From Octopus vulgaris (Eukaryota), in assembly GCA_951406725.2 (NCBI GenBank), contig OX597833.1:20026001-20090000 (forward strand): DNA of 64,000 bases. Reading direction: 5' to 3'. Positions 26,420 to 38,608 of the stretch are shown here, piece after piece. The position numbers and the translations under genes were made by a program. The notes beneath the pieces are model-generated. The model was not told the DNA's origin. It searched no databases and was given only the letters and a program-made list of their open reading frames with translations. Positions within the stretch are counted from its first letter, which is position 1. Every line of letters begins with the position of its first letter.

Positions 26420-28112
26420 AATCATCATGAAATGGACAGACTAAATAGCTGTGAATGCTAAGCTTTTCCCTGGTGAAGGATGAATCACCCGACATAGACA
26501 AAGTGATTTGAGAGTTAGAGATAGGGGGACACAAAGACATAAGACAATCTGGAGAGAGAAGATATGGGAACTTAAAGGGGCTTCAACCAGGCATAGTTTC
26601 AGAGAAGTGCTAGTTAATATATAGGACAAAAGAGAGGATGGGATAGAGACTTATGGCAGAAAGGAGGCCTGGGATTTCTTATAAGAAAACCTGCTGAAGG
26701 TTACAGATGAGGTCTGTGTCTGGAGCAAGATTTCAGCTCAGTGGAAGGTAACATGATATTCTTTTATTCTTTTACTTGTTTCAGTCATTTGACTGCAGCC
26801 ATGCTGGGGTACTTACTCTGTCAGACTTTTTTGCTGAACTGCTAAATTATGGGGATGTAAACATACTAACACCAGTTGTCAAGTGGTGGTAGGAGGATAA
26901 AGACATAAAGACAGACACACACACACACATACAATAGACTTCTCTCCATTTTTTTCTGTCTACCAAATCCACTCACAAGGCTTTGGTCGGTCTGAGGCTA
27001 TAGCAAAAGACACTTGCCCAAGGTGTTACACAGTGGGACTGAACCTGGAACCATGTGGTTGGGCAACACACCTGCATGGATTATTACTGTAGATAGAGGC
27101 TTAAATATTAAGAGACAGGCTTGGAAAAGCTGGAAGAAAGCAACAGCAAAGCCTTAATATCAAGCAACTAGAAGAGGAGCTAAATATCAAATATACTTAG
27201 TAAGGGGAAAAGCCAAAAGTAAGAATTTTGCATGTTCTGCAACATGACAATCAGATGTGTGAGGTAGGGCATTGTAAGAGAAAAGTATGTATGGGAAGGC
27301 GGTGAGCTGGAAGAAATGTTAGCACGCCGGATGAAAAGCTTAGCGGTATTTCGTCTGCCGTTACATTCTGAGTTCAAATTCTGCTGAGGTCGACTTTGCC
27401 TTTCATCCTTTCAGGGTCGATAAATTAAGTACCAGTTACGCACTGGGGTCAATGTAATCGACTTAATCCCTTTGTCTGTCCTTGTTTGTCCCCTCTATGT
27501 TTAGCCCCTTGTTGACAATAAAGAAATAAGAAAAGTGTGTATGGGATAATACTAGTACATTTGCCCTTTTTTATACTGAAAAGAAAAAAACGGAATGCAA
27601 GTGCTATTGCAAAAAAAAAAAAAAGATTGTTGAATGAGGACAAAGCATGAAAGAGAGAAAAAATCTACCCCACATTGACTCAACATTGCACATGTGATCA
27701 CACTTCAGCAACAGAGGGATCTGTGAGTGAAGCATGGTCACATGAACAATTAAGGATACAAAAGCTAGGACAGTATAGTCAGGGATACTTGCTGAGATGC
27801 TTAAAATATCTGGTGCAGTAGGTTATGTAATAGTCATTTATACAATCAAGTACCACAGGGAGGTGTCATGCACAATGATTGCCATAGCAACATCATCATC
27901 ATAAGCTGTTACAAAGGCAAAGGAGATGCTCTGGAGACAAGCAACTACTGAGACAACCAAGTAATAGACTAGTTGATTTAAATTAAAAAAAGAGTTACAA
28001 TTAAATTAATTGTGAATAGAATTAGCCTAAATGAAATGCAGTTTAGCTTTGTGCCAGTAAGAAGTACTACTAATGTTGTCTTATAGGGAGACAATTGCAG
28101 AAATACTTAGCT
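26420..28112 (+). pseudogene. Old RTE LINE ORF fragment with nested SINE A (26758-27075, -) and SINE B (27297-27530, +)
   Basis: Remnants AEMLKISG.VGY, SCYKGKGDALETSNY and NEMQFSFVP.RSTT match the RTE ORF at 59224-59697. The SINE B copy has a GAAAAGT.TGTATGGGA TSD. Confidence 0.75.
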
Positions 28113-28119
28113 GAATGTG

Positions 28120-28204
28120 TAGAGTCTTCTACTATAGGCCTGAGTCAACCAAATGCTTTGTGAATGAATTTGGTAGATGAAAACTGTGAAAGCCTGACCC
28201 CCGC

Positions 28205-28236
<32 letters not shown>

Positions 28237-28455
28237 GTTCGTGTGTGTGTGTATTTGTCCCCTACACCATGTGACAACAGTGTTGGTTTGTATACATCTT
28301 TGTAATTTAGCAGTTCAACAAAAGAGATTGACAGAATAAATACCAGACTTTTAAAAAAATTAAGTACTGGGGTCAATTTGTTTGAGTAAATCCTTCAAGG
28401 CAGTGCCCCAACATGACCACAGTTAAAGACTGAAACAACAATCAAAATAAAAGAT
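28120..28455 (+). mobile_element. SINE family A (5'-truncated)
   Basis: Body and tail of family A. Confidence 0.75.
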
Positions 28456-28525
28456 TATATATATTTTTTCACCAATTAGTCATCAAAGAAAAAGCTGTGC
28501 CAATGACCCTTTTTATATTTTTCAG

Positions 28526-28636
28526 GGGCTTCCAGGACTGGTTGGTAGGATGAAAGGAGGAAATTATCTTCAAACTGGAAATCTGGCCAAAATGCTTGCA
28601 TCAAAGCGAACACTATTAAAGGCAGCCAAGAATCAG
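28526..28636 (+). CDS. Candidate 111-nt exon (GLPGLVGRMKGGNYLQTGNLAKMLASKRTLLKAAKNQ)
   Basis: Acceptor CTTTTTATATTTTTCAG, one open frame, weak donor CAG|GTGGTG. No homologue recognised. Confidence 0.25.
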
Positions 28637-29137
28637 GTGGTGTTGTTAAACCAAATGAGGGATTAAGTCTGCCACTCAAGAACTCAGAATGCCAAGGGCC
28701 AGAAATATCGCAAAACATCTCATCTGATGTTTGATCAATTTCACTAATCCACTAGTCTTGGACTAGTAACTTTATTTTATCAACTCTGAGAGGATGAAAG
28801 GAAAAGTTGGCCTCAGCAGCATTTAAATTTAATACTAAATTGGCAAAGTGTCAATTCATTTCACATACAGGTGAACAGAGTCAACAAGTTCAACAAGGGG
28901 GCCTCTAGACTAGCATTTGCCCTGTTAGAAATAGGAGCCAAATCTCCTGCAAATTACATATTTATCATCTTAAAAAAGTAAACAGATTACATATTTTACA
29001 AGAGACACAGTGCCTTAAGTAAAAGAAAAAATGGTTGTAATGCCTGTTACTAGAGTTGAACTGGAGTTAGGTAATGAATCACATACCACAAATCTGTACT
29101 CACAGATTGGCTATTTGTGATCAGTGTTATTGACTTC

Positions 29138-29496
29138 CTGAAAGATTGACATGAAATGCGAGTGGTGACATTCATGCCTTTCCTACACAGATATTAGCTG
29201 CATAGATGACTAAAATATCTACAGCTGGGAATTGCTACTGGGCTACATGGAATTTCCACTGTGTTTCGTGGTCTGCTACCACAACAGCTCCTTTATAGGA
29301 TCCAGTTAGCTCAAGACATCATCAGGAGAAACTATGTCTGGTTTCGGCCCCTACTCCTCTACCGTTTTGACGTAGCACCCCCCCCCACTGAAAGATTGAC
29401 ATGAAATGTGAGTGGTGACATTCATGCCTTTCCTACACAGATATTAGCAGCATAGATGACTAAAATATCTATAGCTGGGAATTGATACTGGGCCAC
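29138..29496. repeat. ~109-bp direct repeat with 250-bp period
   Basis: 29138-29246 closely matches 29388-29496. Confidence 0.9.
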
Positions 29497-29619
29497 GTGT
29501 AAATTAGCTTGCCAGAAACTTACCCCCACCTACCATCACCACCATCTCATCTCCTTTGTTGTAGATCTATTTCTCAATACTAAGATATACCCATCAATTA
29601 ACTGACATACTGTTATATG

Positions 29620-29826
29620 GATAGCCACATCCAGCCCAAATATTCTACCAGCTTTATGTTCAACCCAGCCTGGTCCAGGCTTTCACACCTAATCTACAAG
29701 GTCATTCTAAAGGTAACAATTACATCATCAAAATCTCACAGCAACGAGATAATGCATGATTGATTCAAAACAACAGGAATAAATAAGCATGACATTTGGC
29801 AAAATAATCTGAATGCTAAAGGGTTA
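29620..29826 (-). mobile_element. piggyBac-like MITE (family P2, partial)
   Basis: Ends TGAATGCTAAAGGGTTA; homologous in reverse to 45319-45548. Confidence 0.6.
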
Positions 29827-30010
29827 CGACAATCCTAGTTTCTAGAAGCCCCTCTCTTTGCTATTTCCCCACAGACCATTTTCAACAGATCAAATGACAT
29901 TTAACAAGGTTTCATTCTCTTTGTTAGTAAATATCTGCCTTATTTATTAGTAATTCGACAACTATAAAAAAAGAAGCCGACAAATTAAATCTGTGCATCA
30001 CTGAAAGCAT

Positions 30011-30154
30011 ATATGCAATCATGACCTTATATGCAATCATGACCTTATATGCAATCATGACCTTATATGCAATCATGACCTTATATGCAATCATGACCTT
30101 ATATGCAATCGTGACCTTATATGCAATCGTGACCTTATATGCAATCGTGACCTT
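30011..30154. repeat. Minisatellite, 8 x 18 bp (ATATGCAATCRTGACCTT)
   Basis: Five A-variant units followed by three G-variant units. Confidence 0.97.
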
Positions 30155-30582
30155 GTTCGTCTTCTGCAGTTAATGCATTATGAATAATTAAAAAAAAAAA
30201 GCAATAAAGATACATGGCATTTATTCATGTGTAAGTCTCTTGGTATCTACTATACTAACTTGAAAAACATATGTCAAATGATGATATCTCAAGGACAACA
30301 GAATTGAATAATAGTCAATAAAATATCAAGTACAATATTATCTTTATTAAATAGCTTTTACCTATGGGAATAATTTTGTCTTTTTCCACCAGCTTTGGGC
30401 TGATAATGGTAGTCGTATAAGTGAAGCAATCCCTACCATTGCTTGCTCAACCTGCTAGAAATTGCAATGAAATCTCCTTCAAATTATACCTGACTGTCTT
30501 AATAAAATAAGGAATACAATAGATGATGTAGTACTACATATGCAATGCTCGACAGATGAACGGGACAGTGATGGCTGGATGA

Positions 30583-30908
30583 TTAAGTTAGATAAGTTAA
30601 GTTAATTTGGCTCAAAAAGCAAAAGCAAGGCCATGTAGGGGGACATGGAGTTATGTACAGGGTGGTGTTCATGCAAAGAGTTCAGGCCATTTCTGGTCAA
30701 GAGAGACCTTGAACCGAGCGGTCGTCGGCATCTTCACTATCTCGTCCGGCAGCTTATTCCACGGATCCGCAACCCGGACGGAGAAAGCCCCTCTCCTTCA
30801 ATTGAGATGAAATCGTCGCAGATAGAGCTTTTCGGAGTGACCCCGCAGCCAACACTCTGGAGCAGGAGTGAAGAACAGCTCTTTTGAGAGGTTACACTTT
30901 CCGCTTAT
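30583..30908 (-). mobile_element. CR1/L2-type LINE 3' fragment
   Basis: Minus strand reads LRGHSEKLYLRRFHLN*RRGAFSVRVADPWNKLPDEIV, a CR1-like RT C-terminus, with a (TTAAC)-like tail. Confidence 0.8.
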
Positions 30909-31171
30909 AGTAAGAAAGAGCTAACCTGGGGTTAAACAACATAATGTAACATTAACAGATGTCTGTTCTACCATGATGAGGATTCAGTTTCACTCACAAG
31001 GTATGGGGCAGACTGAAGCTATAGAAAATTGCATTTGCCTAAGATACTATGCAGTCAGATAAAATTGAGGACCTCGTGGTTTCGAGGGCAAATACAAGTA
31101 AATTGACAATGAATTGAATAAAGGAGTAACATGAAAGTGACTGAATTATGAAACTGCTTCACTTTAGGTTA

Positions 31172-31240
31172 TTTGAAACAAATGTAATGATTGTTTTGAA
31201 ACAAATGTAATGATTGTTTTGAAACAAATGTAATGATTGT
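31172..31240. repeat. 3 x 23-bp tandem repeat (TTTGAAACAAATGTAATGATTGT)
   Basis: Exact tandem copies. Confidence 0.95.
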
Positions 31241-31306
31241 TTTACATCAAAACTCAAACAGGAAAATGGGAAAATACTATGTAGACAGAAATAAAATATA
31301 ACTCTA

Positions 31307-31490
31307 TGCAGCCGTTCAAGAATTTGGACCTAGAGATCTCCATTTCCAGTGACTTTGAGGGCCACCTCCCAGTGGTGTCGGGCGTCAACAAGACGACCAA
31401 AGTTTATTTTTTTTCCAAGGTCTGGGGTCTCCCACCCCTAAGCCCTAGACCATCACCTAATCACCCTTACCCGTCTTGTTGCTTAACAAC
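31307..31490 (+). repeat. Unclassified GC-rich interspersed element
   Basis: GCAGCCGTTCAAGAATTTGGACC...CACCCTTACCC.TCTTGTTGCTTAAC; second copy reversed at 62766-62964. Confidence 0.75.
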
Positions 31491-31599
31491 AACAACAACA
31501 ACTCTATGCAACACAATTGAGAAATAACAATAAAATTAAATATATCAGAATACACACACACACACATACACACACATACATACATACACACACATGTAA

Positions 31600-32028
31600 G
31601 TGTAGATGTGGCTGTGGGGTTAAGAAGTCTGCTTCCAAAACACATGGTCTCTGCTTCAATCTCTCTGTGAAGCACCTTGGGCAAGTGTATTTTACTATAG
31701 CTCTGGCTCTTGTGAGTGGATTTCACAGATGGAAACTGAAAGACGTTCATCTTGTGTGTGTGTGTGTGTGCATGTGTGCGTGCATGTGTGTGTGCATGGG
31801 GACCCTTGTCCTGACATCATGTAATGGTTGTAAATGAGCGGCACTGTTATACAAGTGGTGTTGTTTGTTTCCAGTTACATCTGGCCGTGAGAAATATTAT
31901 CTTGCTGAGACACAAGGAAGGGCTGGCAACAGGATGGCCATCTGGTCATAGAAAAATTTGCCTCAACAGACTCTGTGACTCATGTAAGCCTATAAAAGTA
32001 GATGTTAAATGAATGATAATGATGATAT
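31600..32028 (+). mobile_element. SINE A head joined to the RTE-type tail (A-variant)
   Basis: Family-A tRNA/CORE-like head, (TG)n, then the 11407-type tail ending (GAT)n. Confidence 0.7.
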
Positions 32029-32402
32029 ATAAATGAATATTTTATGTTGCTTCCAACATTAACCTATAAACATTCCTAATAACAATGCTTTTAGATATGT
32101 TGATGATGGGAAAATATGATTAAAATGATGAAACTTAAGACAAAAACGTGATTTTTTGTGAGATAGGTATGGGGTGAGGTATGCTGCTGAAAGTAACGAG
32201 ATTTGGCATGGCCTGTTTGAAATAACAGAAACATCTCTATGAGTTTGTCTTTGATTAATTTGAATGTTAAAGGGCTACAGAAGTATAAGTAGTTATACTT
32301 ATACTTTATATCCCTGAAACACTGAAGTAGAAGTAGTAGAGTAGGCCGAAACAGAGAAGCACTAGAAATAAGTAGAAGCTTTTTAATATTTCATTCATGG
32401 GA

Positions 32403-32810
32403 AGGCAGGGAGCTGGCAGAACTGTTAGCAAGCCAAGCAAAATGTTTAGCAGCATTTTGTCAAGTCTTCACATTCTGAGTTCGAATTCCACTGAGGTCGA
32501 CTTTGCCTTTATCCTTTTAGGGGTCAATAAAACAAGTACCAGTCAAATACTGGGGTTGATATAAACGCCTTAGTCCCTCCCCCAAAATTTCTGGCCTTGT
32601 GCCAAAATTTGAAATCAATATTTTGTTCATGGAGAAGTGTGATGGACTGGCAGTATCTGTAGAGCATCAAACAAGATACCTTGTGGTATTTAGTTGAATC
32701 CCTTTATGTTCTGAGTTCAATTCCTACTAAAGTAGATTTTGCTTTTTATCTTTCTAAGATTGACAAGGTAAGCACCAATTGGTGGGGTTGATATAATCAA
32801 CTATATCATT
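32403..32810 (+). mobile_element. Two degraded SINE family B copies
   Basis: TTCTGAGTTC.AATTCC and ACTTTGCCTTT.ATCC cores. Confidence 0.7.
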
Positions 32811-32829
32811 TGTCTGCAGTGACAAAAAT

Positions 32830-33205
32830 CTGTGTGGTAAGTAGCTTGCTAACCAATCACATGGTTCTGGGTTCAGTCCCACTGCGTGGCATCTTGGGCA
32901 AGTGTCTTCTGCTATAGCCCCAGGCCGAACAATGCCTTGTGAGTGGATTTGGTAGACGGAAACTGAAAGAAGCCTGTCGTATATATGTATATGTATGTGT
33001 GTCTGTGTTTGTCCCCCTAGCATTGCTTGACAACCGATGCTGGTGTGTTTACGTCCCCGTCACTTAGCGGTTCGGCAAAAGAGACCGATAGAATAAGTAC
33101 TGGGCTTACAAAGAATAAGTCCCGGGGGTCGATTTGCTCGACTAAAGGCGGTGCTCCAGCATGGCCGCAGTCAAACGACTGAAACAAGTAAAAGAGTAAA
33201 AGAGT
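32830..33205 (+). mobile_element. SINE family A (young)
   Basis: Near-consensus copy with CpGs retained. Confidence 0.9.
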
Positions 33206-33534
33206 ATAAGAATCAACACAGCTTTACTTCTTGAACGATATACACCTACACAACACCTTGGGGCAGGTGTCTTCTACTCTAGCTGACCAACGTCTCATAA
33301 GTGAATTTGAATTTGGTGTGTGTGTGTGTGTGTGTGTGTGTGAGCATGTGTCCCCATCATGTAATGTTACAAACACTTCCTTGTCAATCTCACAGTTGGA
33401 AATGCAGTGAACCATAGAGTGGCTCGTTGGAAACCTGTGGAAACAACACTGTTACACATACAAATTGTGATATAAATAAAATGAATAGATAAGAATCAAG
33501 GAAGTTAAGCTGATCCATCAATGAAGAAACTGAT

Positions 33535-34115
33535 TACATTTACATACATACATATATATTTATTACATATATATTACACATACGTACATATATGTATATA
33601 TACATATATATGTATACACATACACACACATATGCGTATTACACATACATATACACTCACATACATACACATATGCATTCACATACACACATATATATAT
33701 AGACACATACATACACATATACATATACACACATACATACACATATATACATATATACACATATACATATATATACATATGTACCTATCTATGTATGTAT
33801 ACACATACACACATGCATATTACACATACATATACACTCACATACATACACATATGCATACACATACACACATATAAATATACACACATACATACACATA
33901 TATATATATATACGTACCTATCTATATATGTATACACATACACACATGCATATTACACATACATATACACTCACATACACATACACACATATATACACAC
34001 ATATATACACACATACACATATACATACATATATACACACATACACACACACACATATATATATACATACCTATCTATCTATCCATACCAACACACACAC
34101 ACACACACACACACA
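33535..34115. repeat. Compound (CA)/(TA) microsatellite with higher-order repetition
   Basis: The block CACATGCATATTACACATACATATACACTCACATAC recurs three times. Confidence 0.95.
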
Positions 34116-34372
34116 TTATAATTGGTACAAACATTCTCCAGAGTATATTTTCGTCATTCCCTAGGCTATGATTACGATGACGTTATACATCATTGATTCA
34201 ACTAATAATACTTTTAACCTTTAATGCCAGTGTCTGCATTAACAATATAAACATTATAAAACAAGGAAAGAAAACAAAGCAGGAGTTTATGCTGATAATT
34301 TTTTTTCTTTTTCTGATTAATTTAGTTTGTAATTCATAGATCAAGTTTATTTGTATTTAATACATACAGATA

Positions 34373-34685
34373 AGGCACACGGATGGCTATGTGGCAAGAA
34401 GTTTGCTTCCCGTCCACATGATCTTGGGTTTAGTCCCATTGTGTGGTACCTTGGTCAAATGCCTTCCTCTAGCCCTGGGACGACCAAAGCCTTGTCAGCA
34501 GATGTAGTAGACGGAAACTGAATAGGCGCAGGAGTGGCTGTGTGGTAAGTAGCTTGTTTACCAACCACACGATTCCGGGTTCAGTCCCACTGCATGGCAT
34601 CTTGGGCAAGTGTCTTTTGCTATAGCCTCAGGCCGACCAAAGCCTTGTGAGTGGATTTGGTAGACGGAAACTGAAAGAAGCCTGT

Positions 34686-34752
<67 letters not shown>

Positions 34753-34990
34753 ATATGTTTGTGTGTCTGTGTTTGTCCCTCTAGCATTGCTTGACAACCA
34801 ATGCTGGTGTGTTTACGTCCCCGTCACTTAGCGGTTCGGCAAAAGAGACCGATAGAATAAGTACTGGGCTTACAAAGAATAAGTTCCGGGGTCGATTTGC
34901 TCGACTAAAGGCGGTGCTCCAGCATGGCCGCAGTCAAATGACTGAAACAAGTAAAAGAGTAAAGAGTAAGCCCATCGTGTGTGTGTGTGA
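34373..34990 (+). mobile_element. Young SINE A (34524-34967) nested inside an older SINE A
   Basis: The older copy breaks at GGAAACTGAA (34522) and resumes at AAGCCCATCG (34968). Confidence 0.85.
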
Positions 34991-35332
34991 AGGTACATGG
35001 CCCAGTGGTTAGAGTGTTGGGCTCATAATCATGAGGTAGGGAGTTCGATCCCAGAGCAGGCTGTGTGCTGTGTTCTTGAGCAAGACAGTATATTTGACAT
35101 TGTTCCAATTCACTCAGCTGGAGAAATGAGTTGCGATGTCACGGGTGCCAAGCTGTATCGGCCTTTGCCCTTTTCTTTGGACAACATCGGTGGCATGGTG
35201 AGAGGAGTCTGGTATGCATGGGCGACTGCTAGTCCTCCATAAATACCTTGCCTTGATTTGTGCTGCAGAGAAGAACTTTCTAGGTGTAATCCCATGATCA
35301 TTAACAACCAAAGGAGGTCTTTACCCTTTTAT
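34990..35332 (+). mobile_element. tRNA-derived SINE (D-related subfamily)
   Basis: TGGCCCAGTGGTTAGAG...GAGTTCGATCCC boxes; reverse copy at 43362-43680. Confidence 0.75.
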
Positions 35333-35495
35333 TTAATTGTGTGTGTGTGTATACATATATTGAGAAAAAAGTCTCCAGAATTTTGGAAAAAAAATCTTTT
35401 TATTTTTTCATTATTATTAGCGCTTTCATTCATTTCTCGAACTTGTCAAATAAAATTTTGTGAATGTACAAGCAGCTTGTTCATTTACATAAAAC

Positions 35496-35654
35496 ATGTT
35501 TTTTTGAGTTTTGTTTAGAAGAAGAGAACATGGTTTTTGTTTTTTGGGATGAGGTTCTATGACAATAGAGATGGATATCTATCTCCATTGTCATGGAACT
35601 TCACACCAAAAACCAAAAACCATGTTCTCTTCTAAACAAAACCCACAAAAACAT
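35496..35654. repeat. ~160-bp imperfect palindrome (foldback)
   Basis: GAAGAGAACATGGTTTTTG...ATGACAATAGAGATGG / CTATCTCCATTGTCAT...CAAAAACCATGTTCTCTTC. Confidence 0.85.
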
Positions 35655-35893
35655 CTATACATGTATTTTAATTAATTCAAATTAATGTGCCTCATCTTGA
35701 AAAGTGGCAAAACTTTTGTCAGTTGCCATCAAGGATAATTTTAGTAACAAATCAAATAGGTAAGATGCATTAAGAATTTCAATTTTAGTGTCTATCCATA
35801 ATGTTTTACATGCCACCAGCATGGGAGTCAGTCAGGCAGCACAGGCAACGATCACGTTCAAATGGTGCTTTTAACGTGCTGTATGTGTATGTA

Positions 35894-35931
<38 letters not shown>

Positions 35932-36055
35932 AACAACTTATAAATAAGGGCAAGTTTATAAATTTAACCTTTAAAGGTATTTTTTAATATGCTGGCCATT
36001 GATAAAATTTTTTTCGAAAAAATTTTATCCTACATTAAATATATATATGTATGTT

Positions 36056-36657
36056 ACGTGACCACGTGACCGACCAGACCATCAGATGTTGCTACACATC
36101 GCTGGCCACAATGCGTTCGCATTGTTTTAGCCTTCATATGACGCCACCCCGCTGGCTAAGCGAGCAGGCCAACAGACGAAAGAGTGAGTGAAAGAGTACA
36201 GCAGGGATCACCACCCCCTGACGGAGTGTCGTCGGGCTTTTAGGTGTTTTCGCTCAATAAACACACACAATACCCGGTCTGGGAATCGAAATCGCGATCC
36301 TACGACCGCGAGTCTGCTGCCCTAACCACTGGGCCATGTATGTATGCATGCATGCCTATCAACTGGCACTCTGTTGGTTATGACAAGGGTTCCAGTTGAT
36401 CTGATCAATGGAACAGCCTGCTTGTGAAATTAACATACAAGAGGCTGAGCACTCCACAGGCATGCATACCCTTAATGTAGTTCTCATGGAGATCCAGCAT
36501 GACACAGAATGTGACAAGGCTGGCCCTTTGAAATACAGGCATTACTCATTTTTGCCAACTGAGTGAACTGGGGCAACATGAAACAAAGTGTCTTGCTCAA
36601 GGACACAATATGCCCCTGGGAATTGAGCTTGAGCTGAATACCCTAAGCACCAAACCA

Positions 36658-36660
<3 letters not shown>
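36056..36660 (-). mobile_element. Two tRNA-derived SINEs (D head with alternative tail, 36056-36337; D-type tail with different head, 36357-36660)
   Basis: Each shares either the head or the tail with 12084-12472. Confidence 0.75.
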
Positions 36661-36691
<31 letters not shown>

Positions 36692-36696
<5 letters not shown>

Positions 36697-37277
36697 GTAA
36701 AAAGCACCCACTACACTCACGGAGTGGTTGGCGTTAGAAAGGGCATCCAGCTGTAGAAACATTGCCAGATAAGACCGGAGCCTGGTGTAGCCTTCTGGCT
36801 TCCCAGATCCCCGGTCGAACCGTCAAACCCATGCTAGCATGGAGAACGGATGTTAAACGATGATGATGATGATGATATATATATATATATATCGGCGAGG
36901 CGTGGCTGTGTGGTAGTAGCTTGCTAACCAACCACATGGTCCGGGTTCAGTCCCACTGCGTGGCATCTTGGGCAAGTGTCTTCTGCTATAGCCGGGCCGA
37001 CCAATGCCTTGTGAGTGGATTTGGTGACGGAAATGAAGAAGCCTGTGTATATATGTATATATATATATGTATGTGTGTGTGTTTGTGTGTCTGTGTTTGT
37101 TCCCCTAGCATTGCTTGACAACCGATGCTGGTATGTTTACGTCCCCGTCATAGCGGTTTGGCAAAAAGAGACCAATAGAATAAGTACTGGGCTTACAAAA
37201 AGAATAAGTCCCGGGGTCGAGCTGCTCGACTAAAGGCAGTGCTCCAGCATATCAAATGACTGAAACAAGTAAAAGAG

Positions 37278-37279
<2 letters not shown>
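36692..37279 (+). mobile_element. Family C tail (36692-36874) followed by SINE A (36893-37279)
   Basis: Consensus motifs of both families, separated by a TA run. Confidence 0.85.
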
Positions 37280-37316
<37 letters not shown>

Positions 37317-37322
37317 TATATA

Positions 37323-38608
37323 TACGAGGGGTGTTCAATAAGTAATGCCCCTGACCCACTTCCCATAGCAGTAGAGCAACGAAACTTGGCACAGTTATTA
37401 GTCTTTTCTTACATAGGAACTACCCAAAGTTACGCATTTCTCCCATCGTTTGATGCAGCTCTGAAGACCGTTTTTGTAGAAGACCCCAGCTTGGTCCTCC
37501 AACCATGACGTGACTTCAGAAATCAAGGCTGCATCATCTGGGAAACGCTTTCCTTTCAAAAACAACTTCATGGCTGGGAAGAGGTGAAAATCAGAGGGTG
37601 CAAGTCAGGAGATGGGGGATGAGTTCATAGCCGCACGCCTGTGCTTCTGATCTGGCGACACGCGAGTTGTGGATCGGAGCGTTGTCCTGCAGGAGGAGGA
37701 TGCCTTTGCTGATCTTGCCCCGCCTCTTGATTTTGATAGCTTCTCTTAATTTCCTCAAAAGTGAAGCATAATAGACTCCTGTAATTGTGGCACCCTTTGC
37801 CAAGAAATCTGTCATCGCTACTCCGTCCTGGTCCCAGAAGACTGTGAGCATGACCTTGCCAGCAGAGGGCTGCACCCTTGCCTTCTTTGGAGGAGGTGAG
37901 TCACGGTGCTTCCACTGCATTGACTGGGCTTTGGTCTCTGGATCATAGTGATGGACCCAGGTTTCATCCTGTGTAATCAGTCTTTTGAAAAATTTTGACT
38001 CATCTTCTTGGCACATCTTCAAATTCATCCTCGCGCTATCGACGCGTTTTTGCTTCTGGAAAGGTGTGAGCAGCCTGGGAATCCATCTGGCAGACACCTT
38101 TTCCATATGCAAATGGTCATGAATGATAGTTTCCACAGACCCGGTACTAATCTTGACCTCATGGGCTATTTGGCGAATAGTTATGCGTCGATCTTCCAAA
38201 ATGGCAGCCTCAACTTGACGGACAGATGCCTCATCAATGGCAGAAGGGGGCGACCAGATCTGGGAGCTGTTTCCACAAAGTTCCGACCATGTTTGAATTC
38301 ACGATACCAGCGTTTTACAAGGTCATATGATGGGGCATCATCACCATAAGTTACTTTTATTTCATCAAAAGTCTTCCGTGGTGTGCATCCTTTCAAATAC
38401 AAAAACCGCATCACTGCTCGACACTCAACAGGCTCCGTTTCACACTTGACTCAGTTCAAACACCTGTAAATCAGAAACCACAATTAGTTCAGAGCTGTAA
38501 TTTGCCACTTACTTTGCCAGAGATATAAATAATTGCACATGCAAAATTTCAGCTAGATCAAACAACTGCAAGTGGGTCAGAGGCATTACTTATTGAACGC
38601 CCCTCGTA
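37323..38608 (-). pseudogene. Full-length mariner transposon with frameshifted transposase
   Basis: 37-bp TIRs (CGAGGGGTGTTCAATAAGTAATGCCCCTGACCCACTT, 2 mismatches) inside (TA)n. ORFs 38181-38414 (HTH) and 37591-38199 (ITQDETWV, LLQDNAP). Deletion in the PPYSPDLAP motif. Confidence 0.95.
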
